64,000 nt of DNA from Eledone cirrhosa (lineage: Eukaryota), in the NCBI GenBank assembly GCA_964016885.1, contig OZ024743.1:232810001-232874000 (forward strand), given 5' to 3'. This document shows, piece after piece, positions 55,047-64,000 of the stretch (the first letter of the stretch is position 1; each line of letters begins with the position of its first letter). Position numbers and translations under genes: made by a program. The notes under the pieces are model-generated. The model was not told where the DNA came from and did no database searches. It saw nothing but the letters and a program-made list of their open reading frames with translations.

Positions 55047-56912
55047 ATGCAGAAACAACATCTGAATATTTCTACGAAGAACATACCCGTACCAAGCAGG
55101 AAAACATACCTAAAACTCCTTATACGGAAAACAGACGCGTTTATTAAAAGGTTGCGTTGGCGTGCCTTTTATTTCGATAATCCGCGAAAAGCAGACAACA
55201 AACAGGATAAATTTGGATTTAAAACCTATAATAACCCTCCGTGGAACCCAGCATTGCTACCCTTCGAAAATGATGTCTTGGAAGTCATTCGGAGTATCGA
55301 ATTTCGGAATAGGAGCAATTCCTTCCAGCAAGACCTGAAGAATAGAATTCGTTCTATTAAGGGTTCTAACGCCGTGCACGTCCATTCCGACAAAACTGGC
55401 AACCTATATCAAGTGGAGCGCAGTACTTACCATCAACTACTACATAATGCTGTAACTAAGGATTACCGTAAAACTAATCGGTGTGTCATCAATGAAATCA
55501 ACGATGCTGGGTTTAAAATCACATCTGATCTCAACATCCTGGACCGGACCGAACCTCTGGATCCTATCTCTCCCCACTTTACTCTGAAGGATCACAAATC
55601 CAATTTTCCGAACAACCCCTCTATTCGGTTTATTAACCCTACGAAGTCCGATTTAGGTAGACTTAGTAAAACGATTCTTGACAGAATTATACCTGAAATT
55701 AGAAGTTTGGCCCCTCTCGCACTGTGGAACAATTCCTTCGCGGTGATTGATTGGTTCAACGGCATATGTAACAAGGAACATTGCCGTTTTATCCAATTCG
55801 ACATCAACAATTACTACTCCTCCATCACTTTACCACTTCTCCTTAGAGCTATCAATTTCGCTAAAGCACTCAAAGTGGTTAAGAATTTCGAAGTTGATGT
55901 CATCCTTAATGCCCGAAAGTCGGTGATTAATTTCGACGACTCTATTTGGATTAAAAAATCCAATAGTACCCCATTCGACGTGAGTATGGGCGCCAGTGAC
56001 TCTGCGGAGGTTACTGATCTTATTGGCCTTTTCCTTCTTTTCTCTATCAAGGACGAATTCCAGAACGCGTGCGGTGGTTTGCACCGTGACGATGGTCTTT
56101 TGACCATGACTAAGTGCGGACCTCGTGCTTGCGACAGGTTCAGAAAAGAACTCACAGCCTTCTTTAAAGGCTTCAACCTCTCTATACAGGTTGAGGCCAA
56201 TCTCTCGGTCGTTAATTACCTCGACGTTACCCTCAATTTATTGAATGGGTTGTATTACCCGTATAGAAAGCCGAATGATACGTTTAATTACATAAGTAAG
56301 CATTCCAATCATCCTGCCAGCATAACCAAGTACCTGGTAAAAAACGTTTCGTTGAGGCTTTCCCGTCTTTCCACCAACGAGCGCATTTTCAACGACCATT
56401 CCACTTATTACAATGAAGCTCTTGCTCGAAGTGGATTTGTCGATAAGGTAGCATATACAGAGTACGAAAATAGACCTAGAAGAAATAGATCCCGTCGCAT
56501 TTGTTGGTTTAACCCACCATATAATATGGAGGTGGCCACACCATTAGCTAAGTTCTTTCTTTCCCTTATTACGAAGCATTTTCCCCCTACACATAAATAT
56601 AGTAAAATTTGTAATAGAAATACTATTAACATTTCTTACTCTACGACTCCTAACCTTGCACATAACATCACAGCTTCAAATTTAGCTAAACTACTTAGCC
56701 GTAGGAACACGTGCAACCCTGTAGTTAGTACTAACTGTAATTGTAGGAATCGGGCTGATTGCCCCCTATCCGGGAAATGCCTCTCTAGTAACATTGTCTC
56801 CAAATGTAAGATTGTAACACCCACGTCCCGTAGGGCCTACATAGGGTTAACCGCCAATAGTTTCAAGCAGCGTCTTTACATGCATACCCATTCTTTTCGT
56901 TACCCTCCATGA
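55047..56912 (+). CDS. Naiad-type PLE polyprotein: reverse transcriptase + CNC..CPL..C linker + GIY-YIG N-terminus (EN C-terminus continues past a stop/frameshift to ~57150)
   Basis: 621 aa with STKNIPVPS..KRLRWRAFYF, SDKTGNLY, TLKDHK, RFINPTKS, QFDINNYYSSI, FDVSMGA.D.AEV, HRDDGL, NYLDVTL, SNHP and WFNPPY. Confidence 0.88.
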   Translation: MQKQHLNISTKNIPVPSRKTYLKLLIRKTDAFIKRLRWRAFYFDNPRKADNKQDKFGFKTYNNPPWNPALLPFENDVLEVIRSIEFRNRSNSFQQDLKNRIRSIKGSNAVHVHSDKTGNLYQVERSTYHQLLHNAVTKDYRKTNRCVINEINDAGFKITSDLNILDRTEPLDPISPHFTLKDHKSNFPNNPSIRFINPTKSDLGRLSKTILDRIIPEIRSLAPLALWNNSFAVIDWFNGICNKEHCRFIQFDINNYYSSITLPLLLRAINFAKALKVVKNFEVDVILNARKSVINFDDSIWIKKSNSTPFDVSMGASDSAEVTDLIGLFLLFSIKDEFQNACGGLHRDDGLLTMTKCGPRACDRFRKELTAFFKGFNLSIQVEANLSVVNYLDVTLNLLNGLYYPYRKPNDTFNYISKHSNHPASITKYLVKNVSLRLSRLSTNERIFNDHSTYYNEALARSGFVDKVAYTEYENRPRRNRSRRICWFNPPYNMEVATPLAKFFLSLITKHFPPTHKYSKICNRNTINISYSTTPNLAHNITASNLAKLLSRRNTCNPVVSTNCNCRNRADCPLSGKCLSSNIVSKCKIVTPTSRRAYIGLTANSFKQRLYMHTHSFRYPP

Positions 56913-58112
56913 AGGAATATGACGTCACTTTCAGCTTATATCTGGAGTCCAAAAGACAACCACACCCAAATATAAGTTACACTTGGAGATCCTAGCTAGG
57001 GCTAGATCGTATAACGGAAATAAAAGACCATGTGACCTCTGCGCCGCTGAGGCCCTGGAAATACTCTACGCCACAGACCACATCTTAAACAAAAAACTGA
57101 GGCAATTTCGGCTTGTAAACATAAATTGCACAAAACTTTCCTGTATTACAGCCCCATGTTATACCCTAACGGATAGCACGATCTATACGTGGATATTTTA
57201 CGTCTTGATGTGGGAGCTAAGTATATGTTTTGTTTATTCCTTTACTTATTTGCATTGGTAAGTATATATTACCCGTATGTTTTGTGAAGGTATGTATACC
57301 TTCTCGTACGTATATTTGACTGTTATGGCGTATCATTTTTACATATTCTGGTATTTAGGGTTCGGCTATGTGTATACGGGAGTTTTGCGTCTGCGTGAGT
57401 ATGCAGGTTCGTACGTATGGTGGGTGGGTGTATATGTGTATATGTGTACTTCTTGTTTTAGTTGACTTACGTCTCCGAACATTCACGTGTTTATTTGTAG
57501 GTATGTGTGTGCGCTTGTTATATACGTATTTATTTACTTATATACGTTTATATAATTATTTATTTATTTGTACACAAGCATACACACACACACATATTTA
57601 TATGTGCGTGGTTTTGTATACCTATGGTAAGGTTTTGCGTATGCTTGTGTATGTACGTATCTGTTTGCATGTATGTATTTATTTATTTCTATTACTTCTG
57701 TATTGCATTTATTTACTTTGTTCTTAACTCTGTAGCGGAGATTCATTTGGTCTCCTAGTTAGAATTTTAGTCTAGGACTTCTGCTATACCATTTACGTGG
57801 TTTTGTCTTTGCGTCCTATTGTTCTCCACGCTCCACATATGACTTATTATCTTCGTTTTTTCGTTCATTGCCAGAGAACGTCTCTATGCACCACCTAAGT
57901 GAACATTAGTCTACGACCTCTTTTATACCATAAACGTGGTTCTGTCTTTGCGCGTAATTGTTTTTCACCGCTCCTATTAATGACGTATTATTCGTTTTTT
58001 CCCGTTCTTTGCCAGCGAACGTTTCCACGAACCAAAGTATCGTCTTCCTGTCTTCCTCCGATTGCAACGTTTTTTGAAATATCCAGTTCTGCGTTTACAG
58101 ATTGACTTTGTT

Positions 58113-58163
58113 AGTTTCAGAAGATCCCGTTAAGGGTGAAAGCAGCGATTCTTTGCTTAAACT
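58113..58163 (+). ncRNA. Hammerhead ribozyme, family 6 (CAGAAGA core; copy at 54843-54893 has GCAA)
   Basis: AGTTT-CAGAAGA-TCCCGTTAAGGGT-GAAA-GCAGCGATTCTTTGC-TT-AAACT. Confidence 0.62.
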
Positions 58164-58269
58164 TTAATCTGTTATTTTAATAAATATTTGCTCTACGGTT
58201 CTTATATATTTGATATATATTTTCCTTATCGAGCCCTCTTTGGATCTTAGTCTTCAATTTTATTATTAT

Positions 58270-58327
<58 letters not shown>

Positions 58328-58759
58328 TGAAAGGATAACAAGGACGATTGGTTACTCCTTCATTACATTTATTGGTATGTGACGCGCGTTTCGCCACTGA
58401 TCAGCTCAAGGTTTGATCTGTATCGATCTTACCCGACTCTATAATCGGCAGCTCGACGGACCCTTTAAAATGCTAGTAGAAAAATGAATACATGGTATAT
58501 GATAAAGTCAGAAGTTCACATATTGGTCAATATGAATTGTTTTGATTGGTGGACTAGATCAAAACAATTCATATTGACCTACATATGAACTTCTGACTTT
58601 ATCATATACCTTGTATTCATTTTCTACTAGCATTTTAAAGATGGAGCGGTATTTATGACCTATGGGAAAGTGTCTATCTAAGAGGGCTAAAAATTGTTTG
58701 CCTACATTGGTTTTAACGTTGAGTGAGAAGGGAGGAGAGAAGCGTAACAATAGACAAAC

Positions 58760-59718
58760 TATCTGGTTTTCTCCTCCTTTCTCACTCAACGTTAAAACTA
58801 ATGTAGGCAAAAGATTTCCAGCCCTCTTAGATAGACACTTTCCCATAGGTCATAAATACCGCTCCATCTTTAACAAAGTAAAACTAGAATACTCCTGCGC
58901 TAATAACATGAAGGCCCACATCACCAGCAGCCCTAGGAGCAACATCCCACCAGGGTGCGCTTCCCGTAAGCCCGAATCTTTTCCCCTTCAACACCAATGC
59001 AACACACCCGCTGTAATTTATGAAGCTGTGGTCACTTCCAACCGACCAAACCAACCACAGGAGGTCAAATCCTATGTGGGCATGGCGGAGGGTCGATTTC
59101 AGGAACGTTTCCTGAACCACCAGTCGACTTTTACGTACCGGGACAGACGTTCATCCACGAAACTCGCCAGCCACGTATGGTTCTTCATGGATTCAAGTAT
59201 AGACTACTCCATTCAATGGAAAGCCATCACTAAGTCCAAGCCATACTCAAGGGGAAATCCGTCGTGTCGACTATGTATTGATGAACGAATAAATATCCTA
59301 AAGAGATTATGCAATAGTGATTGCCTAAACACGAGGAATGAATTCTTTACACGTTGTCCACACGTCTCGAAACACCTCTTGCATAACTACAAAACTCCGG
59401 ATTGAATTATTACAACAACATCATAATTTTCTTATCAACTAAAAACTGTTTGGACTTTCGCACTTATCTCCCTTACACCTCTCCTCTCCTACGCATTTTA
59501 GTATTGCCTGTGTGAAGTGACCGATTTCTGCGCATGCTCGTTCGTACGGTTGTCCTTCCTGTTCCGTATAACCATGTCCATTACGAGCTGAAAATCCGCT
59601 AAGGTGAAACAATTGTCCTCGGTATGGTGAACTAACTGTTGTGAAACCACTTCTACCTAACTCGTCCCATGGACTGAGTGCTCTACCACTACGGATATTA
59701 CCTTCCAGTGTTCTACCA

Positions 59719-59720
<2 letters not shown>
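58760..59720 (+). mobile_element. Naiad-type PLE family 4, 5'-truncated (GIY-YIG to 59405 + pLTR with HHR at 59584-59621)
   Basis: [57 protein letters not shown]. Confidence 0.85.
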
Positions 59721-59779
<59 letters not shown>

Positions 59780-60380
59780 GAGAGAGTGAGAGAATGGGGA
59801 GACAAATACCATCCTTTCTGTCTAGGGTGCAATTGAAATCTAACTACTGTTTAACTGTTTATTTCAAACACAAACAAGGAGTCAGCACAAATAACCAATC
59901 TAATTTACATCACCGTGCATTCGTTAGTAACGTGATTAATTAATCAATTATTCATTTTATGCACAATACCATACATACTGGATAAACTGACATTTTTGAA
60001 AGAGTTATACAAGCAGTTGTTTAATTTGCATAAGTAGAATTTAATAGTTTACAGTTATTTATATCAAACACGTGCCATGACTTAGCTGAAAAATCTAGTC
60101 TCTTTTGCATAACAGTGCACGAATTTTCGAGTAGAAATGAAACTAACGAGGTCAATCCAAATGTTTCTTTACTCGCAGAGAAATATAACAAATAGTTTTA
60201 CATGGGTTAACGTTTCGAGTCTGCTTTATAATTTTTAAAATGTAAGTATTCTATTATTCAATGCACCAAACTTTTTCCAAGGGTAGTGACTAATGAGCAA
60301 AATAGATACTACAATTCGTTCATTTCACACATCCGTATATCGGTTTTCCAGTGTGAATCTTCGTACGAATGTATATAAAA

Positions 60381-60440
<60 letters not shown>

Positions 60441-60867
60441 AAAGGAAAACAAGGACGATTGGTTACTCCTTCATTACATTTATTGGTAGGTGACGCGCGT
60501 TTCGCCACTGATCAGCACAAGGTTTGATATGTATCGATCTTACCCGACTCTATAATCGGCAGCTCGACGGACCCTTTAAAATGCTAGTAGAAAAATGAAT
60601 ACATGGTATATGATAAATTCAGAAGTTCATATGTTGGCCAATATGAATTGTTTTGATTGGTGGAATAGATCAAAACAATTCATATTGACCAACATATGAA
60701 CTTCTGACATTATCATATACCTTGTATTCATTTTCTACTAGCATTTTAAAGATGGAGCGGTATTTATGACCTATGGGAAAGTGTCTATCTAAGAGGGCTA
60801 GAAATTGTTTGCCTACATTGGTTTTAACGTTGAGTGAGAAGGGAGGAGAGAAGCGTAACAATAGACA

Positions 60868-61860
60868 AACTATCTGGTTCTCTGCTCCCTTCTCACTCAA
60901 CGTTAAAACCAATGTAGGCAAAAGATTTCCAGCCCTCTAAGATAGACACTTTCCCATAGGTCATAAATACCGCTCCATCTTTAACCGACACAAAGTAAAA
61001 CTAGAATACTCCTGCGCTAATAACATGAAGGCCCACATCACCAGCAGCCCTAGGAGCAACATCCCACCAGAGTGCGCTTCCCGTAAGCCCGAAGCTTTTT
61101 CCCTTCAACACCAATGCAACACACCCGCTGTAATTTATGAAGCTGTGGTCACTTCCAACCGACCAAACCAACCACAGGAGGTCAAATCCTATGTGGGCAT
61201 GGCGGAGGGCCGATTTAAGGAACGTTTCCTGAACCATCAGTCGACCTTTAGGCACCCGGACAGACGTTCATCCGCGAAACTCGCGAGCCACGTATGGTCT
61301 CTCAAGGACTCAAGTATAGACTACTCCATTCAATGGAAAGCCATCACTAAGTCCAAGCCATACACAAGGGGAAATCCGTCGTGTGGACTTGTATTGGCGA
61401 ACGAATAAATATTCTAAAGAGATTATGCAATAGTGATTGCCTAAACATGAGAGGTGAATTTTTCACACGTTGTCCACACGTCTCGAAACACCTATTGAAT
61501 AACTTGAAACACCTATTGCATAACTACACGTCTCCGGATTGAATGAATTATTGTAACAACATCAATATTTTTTCTTATCAACTAAAAACATTTCTGACTT
61601 TCGCAGTTATATCCCTTACACCTCTCCCACGCATTTTAGTATTGCCTATGTGAAGTGACGGGTTTCTGCGCATGCGCGTTCGTACAGTTGTCCTTTCTGT
61701 TCCGTATAACCATGCCCATTACGAGCTGAGGACCCGCTAAGGTGAAACAATTGTTCTCGGTATGGTGAACTAATTGTTGGGTAACCACTTCTACCTAACT
61801 CGTCCCATAGACTGAGTGCTCTACCACTTCGGATATTACCTTCCAGTGTTCTACCACTAT
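60868..61860 (+). mobile_element. Duplicate Naiad family 4 fragment
   Basis: ORF 61025..61408 is a paralogue of 58908-59280. Confidence 0.85.
61722..61759 (+). ncRNA. Minimal hammerhead ribozyme, family 11
   Basis: CGAG-CTGAGGA-CCCGCTAAGGT-GAAA-CAATTG-TT-CTCG, with a palindromic stem III. Confidence 0.7.
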
Positions 61861-61882
61861 ATAAATATATATATATTAATAA

Positions 61883-61951
<69 letters not shown>

Positions 61952-62278
61952 ACAATGCACAATCGGCTTATGTGACTTCATCAGCGGGTGTCTCCTAATC
62001 AATAATCGATCGACAGAATCCGAACACCAGCCCATGCCCGTCATGACTGTTTGTGACGACTGACACAGTAAAGCGATTAGCAACTGGCACCCTATAAGAT
62101 TCTAACTCTCAACTAGCCACCGATTTACAAATTTTACGTGGCGGCGGGAAGCTAAAAGAATCAATCTTTTCGTTCCCGTCAAAAGCATCGAGCCAACGTG
62201 TCTCACACACAAATTATTAAGCGGTAAAATAAAATAAAACAAGGATGATCGTTTACTCCTTCATTACGTTTATTGGTT

Positions 62279-62364
62279 GCTGACGCGCGTTTCGCCACTG
62301 ATCAGCTCAAGGTTCGATCTGTGTCGATCTAGCCCGACTCTGTAACCCGCGACTCGTCAGACCC
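62279..62364 (-). ncRNA. Hammerhead ribozyme, family 10 (degenerate copies at 58377-58463 and 60488-60574)
   Basis: Minus strand reads GGGT-CTGACGA-GTCGC...GTGGC-GAAA-CGCGCG-TC-AGC. Confidence 0.6.
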
Positions 62365-62428
62365 CTTACCATGGTAATGGAAGAATGATTATACATTTTA
62401 CTATATATACATTTTACATTATACATTT

Positions 62429-62469
<41 letters not shown>

Positions 62470-62540
62470 GTATCTATTCAACTATTAGTTATAGCTGTCA
62501 ACTATTATTAATAATTATCTGCATTATGGCGACTATACTG

Positions 62541-62580
<40 letters not shown>

Positions 62581-63069
62581 ACATAGATATATATAGATAT
62601 ATACTGTATATATGTGTGTGTATGCATATATGTATGTATGATATATATTTATATATATATATATATATACATATATATAAAAATACATAAACATATATAT
62701 ATGTATATATATATATGTGTGTATGTATGTATGTATGTATGTATGTATGTATGTATGTATGTATGTATGTATGTATATGTATGTATAATATGCACATACA
62801 TCCATACAACTTGTTTACACCCCAAGCAACATATCTAATAATAAAGAGCAACGGTTTTCATATCTTCAGTTTTTTCCTTTACATTTCTATAAATGTATTT
62901 TCTAAGTAAACCACATACATAGCCGCATGTGGCGTTGGATTTCGTTTTGATATTTACTATTACTTCTATATTTACTTGAACATAGCTCTAAAGAATATAT
63001 TACACACTAATACTGCACAAGATCATTCAGTGTATAGACCTGTTGGTGTCGTGGTCTGTATTGGTACAG

Positions 63070-64000
63070 ATGGTGATGGCTATCGGTGGTGGCGATGGTG
63101 GTGGTGGTGGTAGTGGTGATGATGGTAGTGGTGGTGTTGGTGATGGTTGTGGTGGTGGTAGTGGTGGTGGTGATGGCTATGTCGGCGGTGATGATGTTGG
63201 TTGTGGTAGTGGTATTGCTAGTGGTGGTGTCGGTAGTGGTGGTGGTGGTGGTGGTGGTGGTGGTGATGGCCACGTCAGCGGCGATGGTGGTAATGGTAGT
63301 GGTAGTGGTGGTGGTGGTAGTGGTGGTGGTGGTAGTGGTGGTGGTAATGGTGGTGTTGTGGTGTTGATGGTGGTGGTGTTGTGGTGTTGATGGTGGTGGT
63401 GGTGGTGGTGGTGGTGGTGGTGGTGGTGGTGGTGATGGCCACGTCGGCGGTGATGGTGGTTGTGGTAGTGGTAGTGGTAGTGGTCGTTGTGGTGGTGGTG
63501 GCGGTTGTGGTGGTGGTTGTAGTGGTGGTTGTGGTGGTGGTGGTGGTGGTTGTGGTGGTGATGACCACGTCGGCGGCGATGGCAGTAGTGGTTTTGGTGG
63601 TTGTGCTTGTGGTGGTAGTTGCGGTGCTGCTGGTAGGGGTGGTGGTGGATGTGGTGTTGTGGTAGAGGTGGGTTTGGTGGTGATAGTGCTGGTATTGGTT
63701 GTGGTGGTTGTGGTGGTTGTGGTTGTTGTGGTGGTAGTGGTGCTGGTGGTGGTTGTGGTGGTGGTCACGTCGGCGTCGATAGTGGTAGCGGCCACCTCGG
63801 CGGGGGCGGTGGTGGTGATGGCGGCCACTTCAGCGGTGGTGGTGGTGGTGGTGGTGGTGGAGGTGGTTGTGTTGTAGACGGCGGCGCCCGTGGAGGTGGT
63901 GGTGGTGGCAGCGGTGGTGGTTGTGATGGTGTTTGTGGCATTGTTGGTTGTGATGATATCAATGATGATGGTGATGCTGATGATGATATTGGTTATGATA
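63070..64000. repeat. Compound (GGT)n repeat punctuated by GGCCACGTCGGCG-like units
   Basis: Directly visible. The minus strand reads as Thr/Pro runs with recurring ADVA-like motifs. Confidence 0.85.

Larger units (their letters stand above)
52243..58272 (+). mobile_element. Naiad-type PLE family 1: inverted 2.3-kb truncated copy (52243-54541) + pLTR (54545-55003) + full ORF + 3' UTR/pLTR
   Basis: 52243-54541 is the reverse complement of 55887-58182. (TA)n lies at both flanks. Confidence 0.92.
51560..61860. repeat. Tandem segmental duplication X-Y-X'-Y' (X 51560-52200 / X' 59775-60385; Y 58325-59720 / Y' 60437-61860)
   Basis: X and Y align visibly to X' and Y'. The first copy is split by the 6-kb Naiad. 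Confidence 0.88.

Noticed and set aside
56910-56912. In-frame TGA in the Naiad 1 ORF as selenocysteine (some Naiads encode selenoproteins)
   Set aside because: It aligns with Arg in the paralogous family (FRNPARRH), consistent with CGA>TGA decay, and a frameshift follows. None of the linker Cys positions in the four Naiad families is a TGA codon.

Overview
Eukaryotic (animal) DNA, AT-rich and saturated with microsatellites; the repeat families point to a coleoid cephalopod (Octopus-like), which is an inference. Most entries in the ORF track are translations of (TA)n/(CA)n/(TATG)n/(GATA)n repeats. The real content is a stack of transposable elements. (i) Penelope-like retroelements (PLEs): four Naiad-type families, Neptune-type elements and several ORF-less palindromic pseudo-LTR (pLTR) copies. 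Nearly all sit in (TA)n tracts, and together they carry about 27 hammerhead-ribozyme (HHR) motifs from about 11 sequence families, several with variant cores. (ii) Tx1/L1-clade LINEs (one full-length, two truncated, two ultra-short ends), all embedded in (TCTA)n. (iii) A DD37D maT/mariner DNA transposon, an RTE LINE fragment and about 12 tRNA-derived SINEs. One possible host signal-peptide exon lies at 19.2-19.35 kb. Highlights: a ~2.1-kb tandem duplication provides an in-window empty site for a 6-kb Naiad insertion in (TA)n; PLE insertions present a 3' end at both flanks with fixed junctions; Neptune elements have a coiled-coil/prion-like ORF1 ending at a T6A slippery heptamer; and the Tx1 family appears specific for (TCTA)n. 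All calls are by eye, with no database searches.
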